64,000 nt of DNA. It comes from Methanobacteriota archaeon (GTDB lineage: Archaea > Thermoplasmatota > Poseidoniia > Poseidoniales > Thalassarchaeaceae). The position numbers and the translations under genes are program-made. The stretch is taken from NCBI GenBank assembly GCA_014240285.1, contig JAAZXI010000004.1:1476-65475 (forward strand), read 5' to 3'. Positions 37,453 through 45,498 of the stretch are shown here, one piece after another (positions within the stretch are counted from its first letter, which is position 1; every line of letters starts with the position of its first letter). The notes below the pieces were generated by a model that worked only from the letters and a program-made list of their open reading frames with translations, searched no databases and had not been told where the DNA came from.

Positions 37453-38054
37453 TCGAGCGGGATACGTTCGGCCCTAGGGCCGAGCCTGAACACCACTACC
37501 AGGGCTGCTATGCCCACGAGCAGTAGTACCGCTGAAAAGATTGGATTGAGAACCGTGGCCGAGTCGGAGGGCAGCCAAATCGGCATGATGTCGAACAGCG
37601 ATTCACCGCGGACCAACTTCCCACCAATCGACGAAGCCATAGTGGTCATCAACATCGCCATGGCCGCTGTGGCTCCTTGAAGCGCGCTAAGCGAGCGGTG
37701 CTGCCAAACTCCCGGTCCAAGGCGCACCCTGCCTATTACAAACGAGGCCCAGAACCCAAAGGCTAGACCGGTGTACACGAACTTGTTGTAGAGCAAGGCG
37801 TTGTTGACCACGTTGTCGGCTGCGAAGGAACCGCTCAGTGCCGCGATGGGCATGAACATCAGACCCAGCAAGGCCCCCGCAATCGAAGCCTTATCCATCG
37901 TAACCATAACTCGATCAGATGACAATCTTCCGCCGGCAATATTCGGGAAGATTGTGGCTATTGCGCATCCCATCGCGCAAAGTGTGGCCAGCATCATCGA
38001 TCCCACGACCACCTCAGCCATCGCGGCGTGGAACGTCGCTGCTCCGAACATCAC
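37449..38054 (-). CDS. Polytopic membrane protein (about 5 TM), third gene of the envelope operon
   Basis: Hydrophobic throughout. The start GTGATG overlaps the stop of 38051..39172. No motif recognised. Confidence 0.5.
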   Translation of the reverse strand: MMFGAATFHAAMAEVVVGSMMLATLCAMGCAIATIFPNIAGGRLSSDRVMVTMDKASIAGALLGLMFMPIAALSGSFAADNVVNNALLYNKFVYTGLAFGFWASFVIGRVRLGPGVWQHRSLSALQGATAAMAMLMTTMASSIGGKLVRGESLFDIMPIWLPSDSATVLNPIFSAVLLLVGIAALVVVFRLGPRAERIPLD

Positions 38055-39172
38055 TCACCACCTTCCGGCGGATTGTTCGGATCTGCCACCCACTCTTCTT
38101 CAACCGGGTCCCACAGCCATCCGGGATTCTCCTCAGACGGGACCATTCTCGACCAGTAGTCGTCCGCGGGCTCTAGACCTGGGGGCTCTTCTGGAGGCGA
38201 CTCGGTCGCCTCGACCTCCTCGGTGTGATCGGGGTCTTGGCGACCCTCCCAAGGAGAGAGCCTAGCTTGCAGCGAGAGCAGGAACGCAATGATGAGTAGT
38301 CCGAAAGCGAGGGCTTGTATCCTCGCACCCCATATCTCACCGTCGAAAGCGGCCGGCTCAGTAGCCACAGTCAACCACGGCTGTACTATCGAGAAGTCTC
38401 CATTGGACGTAGTGACCTGATACTGGATCCGGATGTCACCAATGGTAGCTGGTAGCATGGCGTGCCACTCGTCGTCCTCTCCTGTGACTTCGGCATTGTG
38501 CGGCACCCACTCGTCCTCCAACATCCACTGAACCGAGACAGAAGTGGTGTTCCGCGTCCTAATCACAGTTGGAGAGTCGTCGCCTGTAACTCTGGTCTCG
38601 GGTGACCAGTCGAAAGCGAAGCCGGGTAGGTTCTCTGGCACGGGCTGGACATCGACTACATAGCCGCGGGTAAGTGCCGAGTAGGCCCAGTTGTTGCTAT
38701 TAGGACTGGAGCCGTGATGAATCTCCGTCAAGAGAGTCTGAATTCCGGGCTGCACAGGAGCCAGCATCACCCAGGTAAGCGTTACCGAGCCGCTGGGCGG
38801 GACGACGACTTCGACATAATTGCGCGTGCCGCCGTTAGGGTCCTGAAGGATGTTCCAACCGTGGTCCTCTGGATGGTCGTCGTTACCGTTAGCCGATCCT
38901 AACAGGAACACTCCTAGCAGTCGGTTGCCCGACAGACTCATCCCGCTTGCTGTGACATGTACCGCGGTTGCGGTACCCGAAAATGCGAGGGGATTGACTG
39001 ACACCGTCACGGTGCCGTCCGATGGACTGCTGAGCGCCGGGTCGCCGTGGCACGAGCCTCCGCAGGTGTAGTCTCGGTCTGCATCGCCCTCGCCACCGGG
39101 ATTGGCCATGCTAGCGCCGGTGGCGAGCAGTAGCGCGATGATGGTTAACACGGCGACTCGGGGGCGCATCAC
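38051..39172 (-). CDS. Anchored exoprotein with an N-terminal CGGSCH module
   Basis: Signal peptide MMRPRVAVLTIIALLLATGASMA. CGGSCH at residues 37-42. Two beta-rich domains, then the TM helix IQALAFGLLIIAFLLSL and an acidic Pro/Glu tail. Confidence 0.6.
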   Translation of the reverse strand: MMRPRVAVLTIIALLLATGASMANPGGEGDADRDYTCGGSCHGDPALSSPSDGTVTVSVNPLAFSGTATAVHVTASGMSLSGNRLLGVFLLGSANGNDDHPEDHGWNILQDPNGGTRNYVEVVVPPSGSVTLTWVMLAPVQPGIQTLLTEIHHGSSPNSNNWAYSALTRGYVVDVQPVPENLPGFAFDWSPETRVTGDDSPTVIRTRNTTSVSVQWMLEDEWVPHNAEVTGEDDEWHAMLPATIGDIRIQYQVTTSNGDFSIVQPWLTVATEPAAFDGEIWGARIQALAFGLLIIAFLLSLQARLSPWEGRQDPDHTEEVEATESPPEEPPGLEPADDYWSRMVPSEENPGWLWDPVEEEWVADPNNPPEGGE

Positions 39173-41811
39173 ACAGACCTCCTGCGGCTCTCGGTCAGTG
39201 TGATTCCGATGGCCGCTGCACCGAGGATTAGCAGCAACGCGGCTATCGGCAGTGTGAGAAGTTTGGGCGAGCCGGTAGGATCAGTGTCGACTGATTCTGC
39301 GGCGGCCGTGGCATCGACGCTAACCATGTTCGCGCCGGCAACTATCCAAACCACCTCGTGGCCGTCGACCACCGTCGTCACAGCATAGTAGAGTACTGTG
39401 GCAACAGGGGCTGTCTCACTCCACGAAGTATCGCTGGTATCCCCTACGGGCTCCATGTCGAGCGGCACCGGATCACCCCAAGCGGGAATAGAGTCGAGTG
39501 CTGTCAGCCCGACCACAGTTGAAATCGGGCTGGTGGAACGGTAGATCTGATACTCAGATGATGCTCCGTTCCACGAGAGTCTCACGGTCGAGCCGTCGAG
39601 CGAAGCAGAGAGATCCGAGACCGAGGCGACCGAGCCCAGAATAATTTCGTTCTCCAGTGTATCCGAATCACCCATGTCATCTATCACCGTCAGTGCGACC
39701 GTATGCACTCCTCCAGGAAGCAGCACGTCGATTACCGGTCCAGACAAACTGACACCGTTGACAGTCCAGAACCAAGTCACCACCTCTCCGTCCGAATCGG
39801 TGGACGTGGTTCCGTCTAAGCTCATCATCGCACCCGGTACAAGCAACTCAGGCGATGTAGTCCACCAGGCCATAGGAGGGAGGTTGGCGATTGTTATCTC
39901 CTTGGAGGTGGATGTGGTGAGGCCCCACGGATCACTTGCGATGACGGTGACACTCCAAATCTGATTGGGCTCAAGCCTCGACGAAGGCACCACCGATTGG
40001 CCATCTAGGTCAGGCACGTGGAAGCCGTTTCTCGACCACTGGTAGTTGAACAGCACAATCTCCTCGTCGGGGTCCTCGGAGATGGCCTGCACCACAAGGT
40101 CGTGAACAGAGTCGGGCACACCGAGCTCGGACGAACCGAAGTCCCCTCCCAGTGTTATCTCGGGCACGCCTGGAGGGGCGTTCTGTATGGCGCGCGCGTT
40201 GGTCTTCATCGATGATCCTAGACCGTCGCCGTCGCCGGGGATGACCTGCACGGACCAATGCTGGTCCCTGATAGTCTCGGACGCGGGGACCGTTGTCATG
40301 TCATCGTAGTCGCGAATCCATTCACCGTCGACCCACCAGCGGATCTCACTGTTCGACTCGGAATCGCCGTCGATATCGCTCTGTTCCCAGATGACTGTCA
40401 GGTTCATCGTGGTGATTAAATCGTCCTCGGGCAGCATTGATATCGAGGTCACGATTGGAGGCGAGTTCTGTATCAATACCTCGTTCGTAGTCACCATTTC
40501 AGACCATACCAGTCCGTCGGAGACTCTGACCTCGGCTACCCATAACTCACCTTTTGAAGTGGCTTCGGGCGGGACCCAATTCAGGTCGTTGTAAGCAGAT
40601 ACCTGAGTCCCGTCTCTTAGCCATCTAATCTCGGTCGCATCCTTGGGGTCACCATCTGGATCATTGTATCCTATGATGACCTGTAGGGCATCGGTTGTGA
40701 TTGCATCGCCAGAGGGTGAGATGTAAGCGGTTGCCGATGGTTGCAGGTTAGATGAGCCGATGACGATGATTCCTGTCCACACAGTGTCGCCGTAGTCGTT
40801 CCCATCGTGTGGTCTCACCAAGGCCTGCCATTCGTCACCAGTCCTAGTCCATAGACTGGAAACGGTATTCGAGTCATCCAGCTCGACTATCCTCGCCCCG
40901 TCAAGATACCATTGAATGGCCGTGTTCTGCTGGGGGTTCCCATCGAGGTCGAAGTATTCGTAATCAAGAGAAAGGTCGTCGGAGTCCAGAGGTTCCGCCG
41001 GGTAGACATCTAGATTCCTAGCTACTGGCAGGGTGTTGCCGATAGTAACCGGGTCGAGCATGACGGGTTCACCATCCTCGTTGACATCAGAAGGTATCAC
41101 CTCGACCTGCCACTCCTGTCCCCTTGCAATCCAACTGTTTGGCACATCAGTCTGGTCGTCTATCTGTGAGACTCTGAGTCCGTTTCGAAACCACTTAATC
41201 TGCGTGCCCTGCTCAGAGTCGCCGTCGGCGTCGTGGTAGTCGTAAGAGACACCCAGCCCGGTGCTCTTGGTCGGACTGGTCGGGACGTAGGTGACGTTGG
41301 AGGCCACCGGAGGCGTATTGCTTGACCCGCTGTCCTCAGAAGATTGCCAAGATGTAGTTGCCCAGCCATCACCAGTATTCTGTCCATTTCCATTAGCTGC
41401 AAGAACTGCAAGAGAGAATGCAACTGCACCTGAACCAGAGGAAGGGGCATCCCAATCCAAGGACCAGGAACGGTAGTCAGGGAATTGGTGGGTTGCCTCA
41501 TTACCTCCTGAGTTAATCTGAGTATTCATTATTCCAAGACCGGATGATAGGGTACCATCAGACACATGCAGATTGAAACCTCCTTTTGAGCCAGAAACGC
41601 CACCTGACATCCCTATTGATAGTGAATAGGTTTGACCAGGAATGTAGTTTGCTGGGAAGTTATGAGTTGGAGTGGGTTGGATTACGTCGTTGTGACACGT
41701 ACATCCTGTGGTGTGTTTTCCATAGATTCCATCTTCCTCTGCAAAGGCAACTTGCGATGAAGAAAGAATAAACATTAGCAAGATTGCGACGGCGATGCGA
41801 CGGCGAACCAC
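39169..41811 (-). CDS. Anchored exoprotein: GCTCH N-module, five tandem ~95-aa repeats, PKD-like and Fn3-like domains, TM anchor
   Basis: A GTG start gives the signal peptide VRRRIAVAILLMFILSSSQVAFA. CTCH at residues 37-40. A PKD-like segment is present (MMSLDGTTSTDSDGEVVTWFWTVNG...). C-terminus is LPIAALLLILGAAAIGITLTESRRRSV. Confidence 0.7.
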   Translation of the reverse strand: MVRRRIAVAILLMFILSSSQVAFAEEDGIYGKHTTGCTCHNDVIQPTPTHNFPANYIPGQTYSLSIGMSGGVSGSKGGFNLHVSDGTLSSGLGIMNTQINSGGNEATHQFPDYRSWSLDWDAPSSGSGAVAFSLAVLAANGNGQNTGDGWATTSWQSSEDSGSSNTPPVASNVTYVPTSPTKSTGLGVSYDYHDADGDSEQGTQIKWFRNGLRVSQIDDQTDVPNSWIARGQEWQVEVIPSDVNEDGEPVMLDPVTIGNTLPVARNLDVYPAEPLDSDDLSLDYEYFDLDGNPQQNTAIQWYLDGARIVELDDSNTVSSLWTRTGDEWQALVRPHDGNDYGDTVWTGIIVIGSSNLQPSATAYISPSGDAITTDALQVIIGYNDPDGDPKDATEIRWLRDGTQVSAYNDLNWVPPEATSKGELWVAEVRVSDGLVWSEMVTTNEVLIQNSPPIVTSISMLPEDDLITTMNLTVIWEQSDIDGDSESNSEIRWWVDGEWIRDYDDMTTVPASETIRDQHWSVQVIPGDGDGLGSSMKTNARAIQNAPPGVPEITLGGDFGSSELGVPDSVHDLVVQAISEDPDEEIVLFNYQWSRNGFHVPDLDGQSVVPSSRLEPNQIWSVTVIASDPWGLTTSTSKEITIANLPPMAWWTTSPELLVPGAMMSLDGTTSTDSDGEVVTWFWTVNGVSLSGPVIDVLLPGGVHTVALTVIDDMGDSDTLENEIILGSVASVSDLSASLDGSTVRLSWNGASSEYQIYRSTSPISTVVGLTALDSIPAWGDPVPLDMEPVGDTSDTSWSETAPVATVLYYAVTTVVDGHEVVWIVAGANMVSVDATAAAESVDTDPTGSPKLLTLPIAALLLILGAAAIGITLTESRRRSV
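39880..41310 (-). repeat. Five tandem protein-level repeats of about 95 aa inside 39169..41811
   Basis: The recurring pattern is D.DGD(4-6)(I/Y)(K/Q/R)W(4)G(10-14)VP(7-9)W.V.V.P.DG, at about residues 168-260, 261-355, 356-450, 451-545 and 546-644. The DNA copies have diverged; there are no long exact repeats. Confidence 0.7.
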
Positions 41812-41905
41812 AGAACTGGACGTAGCATTAAGACTGAATAACTTGCTGTGAAGTTGAGATTATCTCATCCGCTGCATTGATGGATGAAAGACAGGTGGCC
41901 CGAGC

Positions 41906-43966
41906 ATGCGCACCGTAGAGAGTATAGCGATAATCGGTGCGGGAAACATGGGCTCCGGAATCGCCCAGAAGAGCGCTCAGGAGCACTTCGAGGTCCAGAT
42001 GGTCGACCGCGAGAAACAGTGGGTCGACAGAGGTCAGCAAGTCATCTCAGACTTCCTCGACGAGGCAGTGGAGAGAAGGATCTTCTCACCTGCCCAGATC
42101 GAGGGCATCAAGAGTCGTATCACAGGTGTGGTCGGGACCGAGAACGTCGCAGTTGACACCGACCTAGTCATCGAAGCGGTGTTCGAGGACTTCGGCATCA
42201 AGACCGAGGTGTTCGGCATCCTAGACGAAGTCTGCGACGAGCACACCATCCTAGCCAGCAACACCTCGTCACTCTCCGTCAACGACTTGGCCGGAGCCGT
42301 AGGCAGACCGGATCGCTTTGTCGGACTGCACTTCTTCTACCACCCGGCCAAGAACAGACTGATTGAGGTCATCCCCGCCAAGACCACTTCTCCAGAGGCT
42401 CTGGCAGCAGTGGAGCAATACTGCAAGACCATGGGCAAGGTCGTCATCATATGCAAGGACAGGCCTGGCTTCGTCGTCAACCGCTTCTTCGTACCCTGGC
42501 TGAACGAGGCCTGCAGACTGCTCGAGGAGGGCGTTGGCTCGACCGCCCAGATTGATGCAGTAGCTCGTGATGCATTTCGAATTGGCCTCGGGCCATTCGC
42601 ACTAATGAACCTGACAGGATCTCCGATTGCACTGCACTCTACCGACTACCTAGCTGCGCAACTAGACACGCCGCGCTTCTTGGCTACTCAGACCCTGCGC
42701 GACCTCGTCGCAGAAGGCAGAACATGGGAGATTGGAGAGGACGGAGGGTGCAGCGAAGAGGCTGCTACGATCATCCGCGAGCGTCTACTCGGACAGGTCT
42801 TCGCCGTCTCATCTCAGATTGTGGCCGAAGGCATCTGTTCGATGGAGGATGTTGACCGAGGCGCCAAGGTCGGTCTGCGCTGGGCGCGAGGGCCGTTCGA
42901 GCTAGCCAACCGCATAGGTATAGGCGAGGCTGTGCGTATGGCATCTGCCTACGCCGAAGAGGCGGAGTTGGAACTGCCAGGCTGGTTTGCTAGCAGGAAG
43001 AAGTCGTTCGTGTTCTCGTACATCGATGTAGTAGTCGACGACGGTATCGCCACGGTGCGCATCAACAGACCCGAGGCGATGAATGCGCTGAACGTCACCG
43101 TGGTGTCGCAGCTTGGGGAAGCGTTGGATGAGCTGAACGGCCGCGACGATGTCACCACAATCGCATTGGAAGGGGCGGGCAAGGCCTTCGTCGCCGGCGC
43201 GGACGTGAAATTCTTCGTCGACAAGATTCGTGCCGACGCGATTCAGGACATCTACGACTTCACCGCACACGGGCACGCGGTTCTGGACAAGTTGGAGAGC
43301 AGCTCGAAAACTACGATCGCCTTGACCACCGGGCTGGCGCTCGGCGGCGGGCTCGAACTGGCTCTGGCATGCGACTACAGGGTAGGCACCCGCCGCACGC
43401 AGTTCAGGTTCCCCGAGACCGGTATCGGAATCTACCCCGGGCTCGGGGGCACTCAACGAACCCCGCGTATCTGCGGTCTCGAGTGCGCTCGCTACGCAGT
43501 GCTCACGGGTAACTTCCTCGATGCGTCGTCTGCCGAGGCACTCGGCCTGCTGACTCATCTGGTGGAGCCCTCGCAGGTCGAAGCCACCGTAGCTTCGATA
43601 GCATCTGCAGGCAAGCCCGAGGACAAGTACCCCGGACGCCCGGCTGATTTGGAGAACACTACGGTCGCCTTCGCGACCTCGTTCTACTCGGACGGCAACA
43701 TGTCCTCGCTGATGTCCGGGGATATCCCGGATGGTTTCGACATCTCGGACAAGGTGGCCTCTAGGCAGCTCAAGTTGCTATCCCGGGTCGCGCCAATCGC
43801 ACTCTCGATGACTAACGATTTGCTCAACGCTGCTGCCGACTCAGATCTCAAAACTGGCCTAGAGGGCGAGCTCGGGGGGCTGGAGGAGATTTTCACGACT
43901 GCGGACGCGTTCGAGGGCCTGAGCGCCTTAATCGAGGGGCGTAGACCCTCATATACCAATGCGTGA
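41906..43966 (+). CDS. Fused 3-hydroxyacyl-CoA dehydrogenase (N-terminal) / enoyl-CoA hydratase (C-terminal)
   Basis: IAIIGAGNMGSGIAQ Rossmann motif and NTSSLS. The C-terminal crotonase part has NRPEAMNAL and FVAGADVKFF...GGGLELALACD. Confidence 0.9.
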   Translation: MRTVESIAIIGAGNMGSGIAQKSAQEHFEVQMVDREKQWVDRGQQVISDFLDEAVERRIFSPAQIEGIKSRITGVVGTENVAVDTDLVIEAVFEDFGIKTEVFGILDEVCDEHTILASNTSSLSVNDLAGAVGRPDRFVGLHFFYHPAKNRLIEVIPAKTTSPEALAAVEQYCKTMGKVVIICKDRPGFVVNRFFVPWLNEACRLLEEGVGSTAQIDAVARDAFRIGLGPFALMNLTGSPIALHSTDYLAAQLDTPRFLATQTLRDLVAEGRTWEIGEDGGCSEEAATIIRERLLGQVFAVSSQIVAEGICSMEDVDRGAKVGLRWARGPFELANRIGIGEAVRMASAYAEEAELELPGWFASRKKSFVFSYIDVVVDDGIATVRINRPEAMNALNVTVVSQLGEALDELNGRDDVTTIALEGAGKAFVAGADVKFFVDKIRADAIQDIYDFTAHGHAVLDKLESSSKTTIALTTGLALGGGLELALACDYRVGTRRTQFRFPETGIGIYPGLGGTQRTPRICGLECARYAVLTGNFLDASSAEALGLLTHLVEPSQVEATVASIASAGKPEDKYPGRPADLENTTVAFATSFYSDGNMSSLMSGDIPDGFDISDKVASRQLKLLSRVAPIALSMTNDLLNAAADSDLKTGLEGELGGLEEIFTTADAFEGLSALIEGRRPSYTNA

Positions 43967-44262
43967 GAAATCTGACTACAGCTGGTTCTTCGGTGACTGG
44001 TTCCAAGCAGGTGCCCGGTAGTTCGCAATCTGAGCGTAAAGCATTGCCCTCAGACTGAATCTCGGCACCTCAACCATTGCATTGCCATCGCCTATCGTCT
44101 CATCCAACCAATTCTCCAATAATCTATCCATGTGGTTTCCTCCTGCTACTTAGTGCAGTTTACGCACTAGTCATCCAATTCCCGTATATCAACCGAGAAG
44201 TATTCACGATTACACCGAGGTGCATTTTATACACTAGATGGTTTCTGCACAACCTGTTACCA

Positions 44263-44718
44263 ATGTCACGTGGTCCCTTGCGAATCTCCTCCTCAGACTT
44301 CAAGAAGATTCGCGAGGCGATCTCCGAAGTGGAGGATAGCGGCGCGATGATTCGCAGGACGTTCGGGAAATACAACGACGATGACTTCAATGTTGGATGG
44401 GAGGTCGATGCAGCCGTAGACGCGTTCTCGATCTTCAGTTCGAAGTGGACCATCGAAATCCTAGCGACTCTGTACATCGCCGGCGACCGTCGCTTCAACG
44501 AGATGAGGAAACTTCTACACGGCATCAGCAGCAGGACCCTTTCGGACAAGTTGACCACCTGTGTTCAGAACGGACTTGTTGACAGAGTAGTCAAGGACGG
44601 ACCGCCAATCCGAGTCATCTACCGCCTCACCGAGCATGGTCGAGAGGCTGGTAGGCAGCTAAGTCCTCTGGTGGCTTACATGAAGCTGCATAATGGCTGG
44701 GTCGTCGGACCCAAGTGA
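44263..44718 (+). CDS. HxlR-family winged-helix regulator with an N-terminal extension of about 55 aa
   Basis: FSSKWTIEILATLYIAGDRRFNEMRKLLHGISSRTLSDKLTTCVQNGLVDR...YRLTEHG. ATG at 44263; the upstream part of the ORF track (from 44077) is rejected. Confidence 0.8.
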   Translation: MSRGPLRISSSDFKKIREAISEVEDSGAMIRRTFGKYNDDDFNVGWEVDAAVDAFSIFSSKWTIEILATLYIAGDRRFNEMRKLLHGISSRTLSDKLTTCVQNGLVDRVVKDGPPIRVIYRLTEHGREAGRQLSPLVAYMKLHNGWVVGPK

Positions 44719-44770
44719 GTGTGCATATCGAGCATGCCCTACACAACCAACCGTATGCTTCAAAGGTCGT

Positions 44771-45442
44771 ATGTCAACGAAAGGTGTCATGGCACTGATT
44801 GAACAGTGGCGCAGTACGCGCCCTTGGTTCGTTGACGGGCTTGCTGCCATAGCCGGAGGGACACTGGGCCTCGCCGGCCTTCTACCGTTAATCGCCCCTG
44901 CTGCTCAGGGCACTCTAGCAGCACCCAAAGACCACTCTTGGGAGCATCCACTGAGGAAGCGCATTCTCAACACTCTCGAGCGCTCTCCTGGAATTCACTT
45001 CCGCGAGTTGCAGCGTCAACTGGACGCTGCCAACGGCACCCTTCGTCACCACCTCAGCGTGCTGGAAAACGAGCGTTCGGTGACCACGATGCCGGTCAAT
45101 GGGCGCACCTGCTACTACGCAGGAGCCCCCTCACATGTCGAGATCCTCGCCGGCACCGGAGTGACTGATCAGAGTCGCGCGGCGGAGATGCTTCCAGTCG
45201 GGCTGTCTATCGTGCAGCGCAAGGTAGTCGCTAGGCTGTCAAAGACTCCTGAGCCAGTCTCGCAAGCTCAGTTGGCACGCGACCTCGGTCGCTCTCGAGC
45301 CTCGGTTCACTCAGCGATAGGGGTACTGCGGCAGCGAGGCATACTGTGCCCAGCCAGACTGGCTCTGGCTCCACATATGTCAGGGTTGCAGACCTCCGAT
45401 GTCGACTACCCGTGGTTGGACGTTCGTGTCGAATTCGCCTGA
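44771..45442 (+). CDS. Membrane-anchored double winged-helix protein
   Basis: TM segment FVDGLAAIAGGTLGLAGLLPLIAPA, then an ArsR-like wHTH (RKRILNTLERSPGIHFRELQRQLDAANGTLRHHLSVLE) and a second HTH (VSQAQLARDLGRSRASVHSAIGVLRQRGIL). Confidence 0.6.
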   Translation: MSTKGVMALIEQWRSTRPWFVDGLAAIAGGTLGLAGLLPLIAPAAQGTLAAPKDHSWEHPLRKRILNTLERSPGIHFRELQRQLDAANGTLRHHLSVLENERSVTTMPVNGRTCYYAGAPSHVEILAGTGVTDQSRAAEMLPVGLSIVQRKVVARLSKTPEPVSQAQLARDLGRSRASVHSAIGVLRQRGILCPARLALAPHMSGLQTSDVDYPWLDVRVEFA

Positions 45443-45498
45443 GTTTGTACTGTAGACTGGCCAAGCCTCTTGAGCCTCGGAATGCGCGCGGAGCGCGC

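Noticed and set aside
39047-41703. Calling the two exoproteins c-type cytochromes
   Set aside because: The motifs are CxCH and CxxxCH, not CxxCH. There is one per protein and no other haem-binding sites. I kept this only as a hypothesis in the findings.
42902-43558. 218-aa minus-strand ORF
   Set aside because: It is antisense to the HADH/ECH fusion gene, whose crotonase motifs are unambiguous.
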